Source: a virus
Lineage: Duplodnaviria; Caudoviricetes
Length of the DNA: 64,000 nucleotides
Virus record (IMG/VR): IMGVR_UViG_3300031993_000074
Span: 620 to 64,619 of that record
Reading direction: 5' to 3' (one strand)
Shown here: positions 18,460 through 28,000 of the stretch, piece by piece
Layout of the letters: every line of letters starts with the position of its first letter
Numbering within the stretch: position 1 is the first letter of the stretch
Program-made: the position numbers and the translations under genes
Notes under the pieces: generated by a model
Seen by the model: the letters and a program-made list of their open reading frames with translations, nothing else
The model's database searches: none
What the model was told of the DNA's origin: nothing

Positions 18460-20958
18460 ATGGTGTTGAGCGATGATCAGAAGAATCTCTGCGCGGAATG
18501 GGTCGCGGCTCCCAACAGGAAGTGGCAGACCCTCAACCGCTCGCAGTGGAAGTACCAGTTCCACGAGAAGACGCTCGTCCGCTACGTCGAAGAAGCGAAG
18601 ATGGACGAGGACATCGTGCCGCTTCTCCTCGAATACCTCGTTTCCGACGACTGCAAGCGGACGCTCCAGCTCTACGGGCAGGGCGTGTCGGGCGACTGGA
18701 CGCCGATCAAGGCGTGGTACGAGCCTTCCAACAAGTCGGTCGGCAGCGTCCGCTCCGTCCGCCTCTACCATGCGCTGTCTACCGACGTAAACGGCGCGGA
18801 CGGGCCGTACATCGTCGAGAACGGCTGCGCGTACAAGGTCGAATGGACGTACTACTGGAAGTGTCCGACCGTGCAGACGGTCCCGGCTTCCACCTCGGGC
18901 GTCTCGTACCACATAACGAACTTGCAGCGCGATCCCGAGACGGGGCTTTTCAGCTACGCCATCGAGAAGCGCGAGCGCGTCCAGCAGGACATCGCGGAGT
19001 ACCTGACTTCGCGGACGACCTACCAGGACACGAAGGAGGAAGTGCACCTCGGCGTGAAGGGGGCGGAGTCCGCCGGCGGCAAGCCCGCGAGCGTGGCCAA
19101 CGGCAGGACCGTGACGCGCAAGGTGACGAAGAACTCCGACTGCACGCACGACGTCCACAACGTGACTACCGAGGACAAGGCCGTGTCGAGCGCGTCGGTG
19201 GCGAAGACCGAGACGCTTTTCGAGACGCGCACGACTACGGAGCACCGTAACCAGCCAAGCGCGGCGAACATGTCGCTTTCGCCTGGCAGCAGCGCGAAGG
19301 ACGAGAAGACCCCGACGGATCTCCACAACCAGACGCTGTCGCAGACTGTGGAGAAGCCGGTCTCGAACGCCTCCGTCGAGTTCGTCAAGACGCTCCACGG
19401 CACGCAGAAGAGCGTGACCCACCGCAACCAGCGGCAGCCGCTCTCCGGCGACGGCATGAAGATCGGCGAGCGGCGGTCCACCAGAAAGACGGACGGCGGC
19501 AACAACGACAACACCCAGGTCACGATGACCGTGGAGCCCGCCGGAATGATTGAGAAGAGCGAACGCAAGACCGTGTTCGCCAGCTCATCCAGCACGCGGG
19601 AGAACGTCGCCGCCAACGGGGTTCTGCCGGAGCGGGAGACGAAAGATGCCGCGGACGGAGTTACACACGGCAAGGAAGTCCGGCTGCACGACGACGGAAC
19701 CGCCGACATCGTTTCCACCGACACCACGGAGAACGCCGTTGCGTCCGCCGCCGTGGAGATTCGCAGAAGCCTTAGGGGGATCGAGAAGACGGTCACCGAC
19801 CGCAGTCAGCCCACGGCGCTGTCGGAGTCTGACATGGCCATCGGTGAACGCAGGGCGACTCGCAAGACCGACGGCGGCAGAAACGACAACACACGCACGA
19901 CTGTGAAGGCTGCGCCGGTTGGTGCGACGGCGAGGTCCTGCCAGAAGACCGTGTACGAGGAACGCCGCCAGATGACCTCCATCGTCGCGGCGAACGGACT
20001 GCCGCCCATCGATGTCGGTTCTGCTGCGGACGGCAAGGTCAGGCGCAGGGAGGCGCGTCGCAACGAGGACGGCGTGACCGCCGACATAGTTGACGCGGAG
20101 GTCGTGGAGAAGCCCGTCGCAGACGCGGAAGAGACGAAGAGAAGGACCCTGCGCGGCGTGGTGAAGCGCACGGTAAAGCGCAATCAGCAAGGCAAGGACA
20201 CGACAGAGCCAGAACTTGGCAAGCAGGTGACGAATCGGAAGACTGACGGCGGGGTGTGGGACATCGTCCGGGAAGAGGTCAAGGTCGATACCAAGAGCAA
20301 TCCCGTTTCGGAGTCGGCCACTGAAGACAAGTTTTCCAAGACCACGGTCAAGGAAGAGGTGCTTTCCTCGTTTGCATCCCCCGTCGGCGACGTGTCGTTT
20401 TCTGTAGGCGGTTCCATAAAGCACGTGAAAAGCTCCAAGCACGACGATAGTTCCGTGGACAAGGTCACCCGGACGGTCGTGCCGAAGTCGAGCATGAAAC
20501 GTAAGGCATGGAGCGACGATTTCGGAAGATACGAACGGTGCGAATACCACAACCAGCGAGAGCCGCTTCTTCCACAATACGAGAAAGACGCCAAGGTTTC
20601 CGTGTCGTTCCGGGAGAACAAGTTTGGGCTGTTAGATGGCGCGTGGACGACTTCGATTTCCGGGAATAACAATAACAAACAGTCTATAACGAAGACATAC
20701 GACAAGACGGAGGAAGATGTCGTCAAAATCGTCAGAAAAGGGAAAAGCTCAAAATTAGAATACTATCGCACAAGAAGGATAAAGAACGTCTTGCGATACG
20801 ACACCCTCAACCAGAATTGGCGCTTGGCGGCCGAGATGGACATCAGGGAGCATCCGGGAGACGCCGAGCGTCCGTCAAGGGTGATAGCAAATCATATGTG
20901 GGAGTATTGGATAATCAACGATTGGGATATAAAGATAAAAAAAAGGTACATCATGTAA
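18460..20958 (+). CDS. Large T/K/R-rich virion protein with ~125-aa internal repeats
   Basis: 832 aa. RKTDGG at 19483, 19861 and 20236 (378 and 375 bp apart); recurring 'VEKPV/ENAV...R.Q' blocks; lower-GC C-terminus. Confidence 0.75.
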   Translation: MVLSDDQKNLCAEWVAAPNRKWQTLNRSQWKYQFHEKTLVRYVEEAKMDEDIVPLLLEYLVSDDCKRTLQLYGQGVSGDWTPIKAWYEPSNKSVGSVRSVRLYHALSTDVNGADGPYIVENGCAYKVEWTYYWKCPTVQTVPASTSGVSYHITNLQRDPETGLFSYAIEKRERVQQDIAEYLTSRTTYQDTKEEVHLGVKGAESAGGKPASVANGRTVTRKVTKNSDCTHDVHNVTTEDKAVSSASVAKTETLFETRTTTEHRNQPSAANMSLSPGSSAKDEKTPTDLHNQTLSQTVEKPVSNASVEFVKTLHGTQKSVTHRNQRQPLSGDGMKIGERRSTRKTDGGNNDNTQVTMTVEPAGMIEKSERKTVFASSSSTRENVAANGVLPERETKDAADGVTHGKEVRLHDDGTADIVSTDTTENAVASAAVEIRRSLRGIEKTVTDRSQPTALSESDMAIGERRATRKTDGGRNDNTRTTVKAAPVGATARSCQKTVYEERRQMTSIVAANGLPPIDVGSAADGKVRRREARRNEDGVTADIVDAEVVEKPVADAEETKRRTLRGVVKRTVKRNQQGKDTTEPELGKQVTNRKTDGGVWDIVREEVKVDTKSNPVSESATEDKFSKTTVKEEVLSSFASPVGDVSFSVGGSIKHVKSSKHDDSSVDKVTRTVVPKSSMKRKAWSDDFGRYERCEYHNQREPLLPQYEKDAKVSVSFRENKFGLLDGAWTTSISGNNNNKQSITKTYDKTEEDVVKIVRKGKSSKLEYYRTRRIKNVLRYDTLNQNWRLAAEMDIREHPGDAERPSRVIANHMWEYWIINDWDIKIKKRYIM

Positions 20959-20961
20959 CTT

Positions 20962-21633
20962 ATGAACGAAGAACTGTCAAACATAACGCAGCGGCTTGAT
21001 GCGCTGGAGCGGGAGGTCTCGGAACTTGCGGGACTCGTGCGCGACAACGTTGCGATGCGCGAGCCTGGCACGGAGCAGGCGTTGAAGATGAAGGAGCTTG
21101 AAGACACTGTAAGCGACATGAGCGCAACGATAGATGAACTTAGACAGGATGTCCAGGATAGTGCAGACTACACGCCGCCGCCCGTAAGCAAGCAAGACAA
21201 GGTCTTCGACATGTCGGCCCTTCGTCCGTTCGACATTCAGTACGATCCTACGGACGAGAAGTGGGAGATATTCCTTCCGCACGGATGCGTGCGGGTCGGC
21301 AAGGATGTCGCGACCTACGAGGACGGCACCACGTCTGACGGCTGGGCGGAGGTCGAACCCGCCGGAACCATCTACTGCCACGTCTCAGAGGATGACGACG
21401 AGTGGACGTTTTCGCTTGACAAGAAATCGACCAAGGAGGGCGCCGAGTACAATTTCCCCATTGCGGAGTTCACAGACGACAAGGCGGAAGTGGACGTGCA
21501 GCACGTCAACGACACGGTGATTCTGTGCGGCGCGGAGGAGTACATACACGGCGACGACACGTCCATTGTCTTCACGCCGGTCACGTCGGGTGACGACGCG
21601 GGCAAGACAAAGGTCGATGTCTATTACTCGTAG
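20962..21633 (+). CDS. Hypothetical structural protein (coiled-coil N-terminus, acidic beta-rich C-terminus)
   Basis: 223-aa ORF in operon packing. Confidence 0.75.
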   Translation: MNEELSNITQRLDALEREVSELAGLVRDNVAMREPGTEQALKMKELEDTVSDMSATIDELRQDVQDSADYTPPPVSKQDKVFDMSALRPFDIQYDPTDEKWEIFLPHGCVRVGKDVATYEDGTTSDGWAEVEPAGTIYCHVSEDDDEWTFSLDKKSTKEGAEYNFPIAEFTDDKAEVDVQHVNDTVILCGAEEYIHGDDTSIVFTPVTSGDDAGKTKVDVYYS

Positions 21634-21647
21634 AAGGTGACACAACC

Positions 21648-22790
21648 ATGTTCGACCAGGCCACAGACTTTACCTACATAACCGGCGCGGACATCGACGC
21701 CGGACATCCGCACGGCGACCTCGACCGCATACAGCTGCAGGGCGTGGACCTCATGTCAGACCGCACGCCGCCGGTCGATTCCAAGACCGGGAAGCTGAAA
21801 GACCCGTTGTACGGCAAGGACATCGCGTTTCTCAAGGAGGCCGCGTGGGAGAGGCTGTCGCTGTACGGATCGCCGATCTCCAACTCTTCGACATTCACGA
21901 GAAAGCTGTCTGTAGTCCAGGTCCAGGAGATAGCCACGATGCTGTCGAATGCCGCGCAGGGCGCCAATGGTTTGTACTGGATAGATCCGGAACTGTACGT
22001 GTCGGAGCAGCCGATAGCAGACGTTTCCGGATATCGCTACATTGACACGCTTCTCGGCGCGGCGAGATGGCAGGTTCCAATGCAGACGACGGTATATACG
22101 TTCGTCACCGACATAACGCTGCGACGGTTGAATGTCCTGAACCTCTTCGACACGGTTGCCGCGATGAAGCGTTTCGTGAACTGTCGCGGCGAAGAAGTTC
22201 TGCTGCCGACCGGGTACCAGTCGAACGACGGAACTCATTCCATCGACTATTCGTCGCAAGCCCAAGGGTGGATACATGCGTCCACTGTCCACTATGACGC
22301 CAACATGGAGAGCAACGGCGACGGCACCTACAAGATAACCGGCTACACGAAATTCTACGACGCGGAGTGGTACGCGACAGGCGGCTTTGTCTGGCAGATG
22401 CCGACGCCAGGATATCTCGTAGGCAAGGCAAAGGAAGTGTGGGTGCTGCTAGAATGCGACGTGCATGAAGAGATGTCGTACGACCCCAGCGGGTCGCAGA
22501 GCAGCTTTGACAGGTCGCGCGTGGAGCGGCAGACGTCGGAAGCGACCGTGTATCGGCTGGTCAAGTGCACTTTGGCGTCTTCGCAGACAATTACCGCTGG
22601 CGGCTATTTGCAGATTCCATCGGGAGACATTTCGCCGAAGTGTGTAACGCTCCTGCAGCAGGCCAACAAGTCGCGGTGGACCGGCATGCCGAGTCCGCCG
22701 CAGGGGGCGCTGGACTCTTGCACACAGACAATCTGGAGCTACGTAGTCGCCGTCTATCCCGTGTGGGAGATAACGCACACGGCAATTTGA
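21648..22790 (+). CDS. Hypothetical virion protein (380 aa)
   Basis: SD GAAGGTG; aromatic-rich; lower-GC interior. Confidence 0.7.
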   Translation: MFDQATDFTYITGADIDAGHPHGDLDRIQLQGVDLMSDRTPPVDSKTGKLKDPLYGKDIAFLKEAAWERLSLYGSPISNSSTFTRKLSVVQVQEIATMLSNAAQGANGLYWIDPELYVSEQPIADVSGYRYIDTLLGAARWQVPMQTTVYTFVTDITLRRLNVLNLFDTVAAMKRFVNCRGEEVLLPTGYQSNDGTHSIDYSSQAQGWIHASTVHYDANMESNGDGTYKITGYTKFYDAEWYATGGFVWQMPTPGYLVGKAKEVWVLLECDVHEEMSYDPSGSQSSFDRSRVERQTSEATVYRLVKCTLASSQTITAGGYLQIPSGDISPKCVTLLQQANKSRWTGMPSPPQGALDSCTQTIWSYVVAVYPVWEITHTAI

Positions 22791-22820
22791 ATTTGAAGGA
22801 GAAATGAAAGGAGAAAGGAT

Positions 22821-23432
22821 ATGACGCTTGAAAGAACTGAAAACGGAATGCCGAGCATGGGCGGCGGAAATGAAATCCGTGCAACGGTTGAGGCGGCGCT
22901 TGCGCAGCCTCAGAACACGGGGGCGGCTGCGCTTGCGCCGAAGCAGCCGTCGCTCAACGACGTTTCGCCCAGCCCGCCTCCGCAGCCCGATGTCCTCGGC
23001 GGAGCGGGACGCGGCGGAGCTGGCGGCATTGCCGTCCCAGACTTCGTTGTCGGAACACCGTTTGAAAAGGCGTACCAAAAGGCACTTGACACGGCGCGTG
23101 CGGCAGTCGCCCGCAGAGCGTCGGGGATGCTAAGCCCCGCGCCGACCTCTGCGCAAAGTCCAGTGGCAACGCCGACGATCGCTTCTATGCCTGCGACAGC
23201 ACCTACGACAACGCCAGTTCCGGCACCGACGGCTCCTTCGCCTACGCCCACGCCTGCGCCGCAGATAAAGACGGTGGCTCTTGGAGGCGGCAAGTCCGCT
23301 CCGGCGTACGACTACGGCGGCAGCACGATACTGATTGCCGACGGCATCGACGTGAACGACCCCGCCGCCGTTCAGAACTACATGACAGAAACCAACGACC
23401 TCATCGACATGATGAACGAGGCGTACGCATAA
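22821..23432 (+). CDS. Pro/Ala/Thr-rich protein, putative internal (ejection) protein
   Basis: SD AAAGGAGAAAGGA; first of three increasingly large genes before the giant ORF. Confidence 0.6.
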   Translation: MTLERTENGMPSMGGGNEIRATVEAALAQPQNTGAAALAPKQPSLNDVSPSPPPQPDVLGGAGRGGAGGIAVPDFVVGTPFEKAYQKALDTARAAVARRASGMLSPAPTSAQSPVATPTIASMPATAPTTTPVPAPTAPSPTPTPAPQIKTVALGGGKSAPAYDYGGSTILIADGIDVNDPAAVQNYMTETNDLIDMMNEAYA

Positions 23433-23448
23433 ACAAAGGAGGTGCGAC

Positions 23449-25011
23449 ATGACAAACCGCTTTGGATGGACGAAAGAAGAAGAGTCACAGTTTAACAGAA
23501 GCGTGGCAGAAAATCCGATAACGAACGAGGATATTGATTCCGCCATTGCGACTGTCAGTGGAGTTGACGAGCGCGGACATCTTCCCAACTCCGAAGACCT
23601 GCCCACGCCGCCGCCAATGACGGCCGCCGACAGGAAGGCCGAGGCGGAGGAATGGGCTGGGCACGACACCGCGCCGACAGTGCCCAAGCCGAGCGGCGAG
23701 ATTGCGTCCCCCGTTTCGGACAAGCCCTCGCCCTACACGAAGGTCGGCAACGAGACGCGCACGGTCTATGGCTCGAAGGTGCGCTACGTGGATCAGACGA
23801 CGGGCAAGGAGCGCTGGGCGACCATCGACGCCAACGGCAACGAAACCGAGATGAAAGACAACAAGGGGATGCCGACAGTTCCCAAGTCCATGCAGATGAT
23901 GGAGGCGATGAACGCTGGATTTTCGCCGAATCGCGGCAATGCCGGCTCGTGGGAAGAGGCCATAGCGAAGCAGAAGCAGGCCGAGATGGAGAAGTCGATG
24001 CGCATCGCCGAGGGCAAAGTCGCCGCGAACAACGCCGCACTTTCCACCCGTCGCCAGAGGTTCGTCAAGCAGCAGCTCAAGGTCGCGGACAACCTCCAGC
24101 AGGCGCAGGCGAACCTACAGAACAACCTCGCGGACGTGCAGGAGCACATCAAGAACGGCGGGAGCATCGAGAAAAGCGGAGCGTATCTTTCCAAGAAGGA
24201 CAACAAGTGGTACGTTCGCGGCATCGTCGCGCCGACACAGGTTGACCAGTACAACAAGGAGATGGCCGGGCTTGGCGTCGCAGACTCATTGCAAAAGATC
24301 GTCGTCAGCCAGCAAGTCGACAAGTACGGAAATCCGCTCAAGGACAAAGACGGAAACGAAATCGAGCCGACTTTCTCGGCACTCTACATAAAGGACGGAA
24401 ACATCGGCAAGGGGAGCGGCGCATACCCGAAGACTTTGACGATGCGCGAGGCGCTGCGCACCGTCGCAAAGGCGTACGAAGACAGATTCAAGGACCACGA
24501 CGCGGCGGTGAACTACGCGGCGGGCATATTCGGCATCAGCGACCCTGCGAAGTACGGGCTGACGCTCAATGGCGGTGCGAGCGAAAAGGAGCGCATCGCG
24601 CAGCTTCAAGAGACCGGCAAGAACAACCGCGCCGCGATGAGGCAGAGCCAGTTCGACCAGAAGTTTGCGCTAGAGCAGCAGAAGTTGGAAGAGCAGGTTC
24701 AAAAGCGTCTCGCCACCGCCAAAAGCGCAGATGAAAAGAACGCCATACTCAAGGAAGCGAAGGCCGCAGAGCTGAAATTGCGCCAGGATGAGATCGAGAG
24801 CAAGTACGCCCAGATGGGGGTGCAGTACGGCAACGGCGAAACTCGCAAGGCCGCGCAGGCGAAGATAACCGAAAAGCTGACCTCCCAGACCGACGATAAA
24901 GCGACCTCAAAGCCGGGGGATAATACAACTAGCAAGCAGCCTCTCACGCCGGAAGAGCGCAAGAAGATGATCGAGGAGCTGCGGAAACGGACCCAGTCGG
25001 TGAACGAGTAA
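23449..25011 (+). CDS. Putative internal virion/ejection protein (520 aa)
   Basis: SD AAAGGAGG; Q/K/A-rich coiled coils; position typical of ejection proteins. Confidence 0.65.
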   Translation: MTNRFGWTKEEESQFNRSVAENPITNEDIDSAIATVSGVDERGHLPNSEDLPTPPPMTAADRKAEAEEWAGHDTAPTVPKPSGEIASPVSDKPSPYTKVGNETRTVYGSKVRYVDQTTGKERWATIDANGNETEMKDNKGMPTVPKSMQMMEAMNAGFSPNRGNAGSWEEAIAKQKQAEMEKSMRIAEGKVAANNAALSTRRQRFVKQQLKVADNLQQAQANLQNNLADVQEHIKNGGSIEKSGAYLSKKDNKWYVRGIVAPTQVDQYNKEMAGLGVADSLQKIVVSQQVDKYGNPLKDKDGNEIEPTFSALYIKDGNIGKGSGAYPKTLTMREALRTVAKAYEDRFKDHDAAVNYAAGIFGISDPAKYGLTLNGGASEKERIAQLQETGKNNRAAMRQSQFDQKFALEQQKLEEQVQKRLATAKSADEKNAILKEAKAAELKLRQDEIESKYAQMGVQYGNGETRKAAQAKITEKLTSQTDDKATSKPGDNTTSKQPLTPEERKKMIEELRKRTQSVNE

Positions 25012-25022
25012 AGGAGCTTGAA

Positions 25023-28000
25023 ATGGCAGACCGCTATGAATCAATGAGTGACGACGAACTCCGCGCCGCCTACGCCGCGATGCAGTCGAAGCCGCCGGAA
25101 GAGTCAGAACCCGACTATGAGTCAATGAGCGACGACGAGCTCCGAGCAGCCTATGCCGGCCTGTCCTCCACGTCTCCAGTCTCTAGTCCTGCCGCATCCG
25201 CTCCGTCGGATGCGCAGCCCGACCCCAACGCCGAAAGCGCCGCGACAAAGCTCTCCGGCGTGAAGGAGGGCGACTTTGTGGCCGTCACGGGCCGAGATGG
25301 CAAGGTGTCGCTAAAGAAGATGAACGCTCCAGTTGATGGCGCAAGCGTCCTTGAGGACGTGGACGATGTGCCCGACATGAACAAGACCTACACGACGCTT
25401 TCCGCCGCCGAGTGGGACGCGGGGCGCGAGAGCGGCAAGGTGAAGATGAACGTCTCGCCCGCGAGGTATCGGCAGCTCCAGCACATCGCGGAGACGGGAA
25501 GCGATCTCTTTGAAGATGACGGCGGAAAGTTCATGTCGGCGTATGCCGACGTTATGCCGTATGGCGGTCGCAAAGCGGTTGACAAGGAACGCAACAAGAT
25601 CGCCCGTATGGAGAAGTACGTCAAGGGAGAGCCAGACCTTGCGCCGTACTCGAAGATTGCCCGCGAATTGACACCGACCAGCATTGGCCCGACAAAATAC
25701 GTCAGCCCTTTCAGCAAGCAGATGAAAGGCATTTCTCCCGATGAACAGTGGGCGGAGGAGGCGCGTATGCTCGGCGTCAAGGGCGATTTGAAGCGCGGCA
25801 AGGACGAAGACGAGGACGCCTACCACAAGCGCTTGCAGGGGCTTGTCGAGGAGAAGATGAAGGAGACCGTCTCGCGCCAGGACTGGGCGAAGAAGGAGCT
25901 GTCCTACATCGACAAGGACTGGAAGGACACGGTTTTCGGCGAAGGTCGTCAGTCCATTGCGTACGGCCTGGAGTTTGCCGCGACGCCCGTGCCGCTTGGC
26001 GGGTTTCTCAAGGCGGGCAAGGCCGCGAACATCCTCGTCAAGGCGGGAAGCAAGGTTGTCCGTGCGGCGATACAGACGGCTCCCGTCGCAATCGACCATG
26101 CCGCGTCCGACTACGAGAAGTTCCGTGAGAACGGCTACACGATGCGCAACGGCGACTTGATGATCGAGTCGAAAGGTGACGACCCCGGCACCGCGCTTTG
26201 GAAGGCCATCAAGAACAACGAGACGGAGGCGATACTCGAAGTCGTCGGCGGAGACCTCGCCGCGCCAGTCCTACGCGCCATCGGCAAGACAATCGGGAAG
26301 CATGCCGTCGGCAAGACGCTTGTCAGCATCGGCAAGGCATATGGCAAGATAAGGGACATGACGCACTTCGGCGACCCGATCTTTGAAGAAAACCTCTTCG
26401 AGGAAATGCCGCAGTACTTCTTCAGCGATGTCCTCGGCTGGGGCAAAAAGGACTCCGAGTACAAGGGATTCTACGAAGAGCTTGCAAACGCATTCGGCTA
26501 CGAGAAGAAGGTCGATCCCGAAACAGGTGTTGAGCGCTACGAGGGCAGCTGGCTCAAGGGCGAGGGAATGTACACGCCCAAGGGCTTCTGGAACACCTCG
26601 CTCGCCATGCTCCTCCAGATGGGCGGACAGGCCGCGATTGCCGCACCGGGTGCGGGGCTGAAGCACATCAAGAACAACCGCGAGCTCGCCAACATCCTCG
26701 AGGGCACGGGCATGACGAAGGAGCAGGTGGCAAACCTCTCCTACGCCCAGCGCGAGGCGTTCAGGCGCTTCCACGACCATTTCGCCGGCAATCCCGAAAA
26801 GCTGAAGCGCGCGCTTACGCTTTTCGACAAGCAGCTCGGGTCGATGGCTGACGAACTTGTGAGGCAGACGACCTTCAGGACGATGCAGACCATCATGGAC
26901 TACCGCGACGAGAACGGACAGCCCGTGAAGCCGCATCTCTTCGAGGTGCAGACCGAAACGGGGGCGGACGGAAAGCCGCGCCCGAAGTTCAGCAGTCAGT
27001 TCATCGTTCGTGGTGACGGCAAGAACAGCGAGACGCGCAAGCAGATGTTCGACCCCGTCGCGCAGGTGTCGATAGAGGACAACGGCGACGGCACGTACTG
27101 CGTTCATGACGAGGCGCATCCTGACCGCTCCGCATACTTTGACAACTTCGAAGAGGCCGTTAGGCAGGCGAACTTCTATTCCTGCACAAACCAGAAACTG
27201 CGGCTTGACAACAAGGTAAAGGCGCAATACGCCCGTACGCTTACGCAGGGCGAGAACGCGAAGTACAAAAAGCCAGCCGTATTTCTGGAGAGCGTTCGGG
27301 ACGTGCATTTTGCACTTTCCAATGCGATACGTGAACAGGGCGGCATATTCGGCATCAATGCGAAGAACATCGGCCAGGTGTTCCAGACCGACGAGAACGG
27401 TGAAGTCCTCTATCCGCCGCGTCTCGTCGTAGGGAACACGTCTCGCGGATTAACGACACCCGACGGGACGAAGATCGTCATCCTCGACAACATCCGCAGC
27501 CCAGAGGACATGAACACCGTCCTTTCTCACGAGGCCGGGCATGTCGCGGGCCGCGCGAACCAGGAAGAGCGCCTTGAAATGCTGCGCCGCGCATCACCAG
27601 ATTCGGAAGTTGGGCGTGAAATCGCGCGGCTTAAGGCGATAAACGAGAGGCTGGGCAACAAGTATTCCGAAGCGAAGATACTTGACGAGGCGTTTTCCAA
27701 CTGGCTATCAAGGCGTGGACACAATCCATCGCTCATGCAGAGGCTTTCGCACAAGATGCTCGGCAAGGTCGGACAGCTCAACGACGCCGACTTCGAGGTG
27801 ATCGCCTCGCAAATCGAGAAAGACGAGGCGAGCGGAAGCGGCGAAAATGTACACTTCTTTGAAGACAACCAATTTGACTCTACGGCCGAATCTGCCGAAG
27901 AGCCGGAAATGCCAACCGAAACACCAACACAAGGAGAAAGCAATGAGACAGGAAATGTGCCCGATGAAGCACCAGCGCAACCCGAACAAGGGGCATCTGG

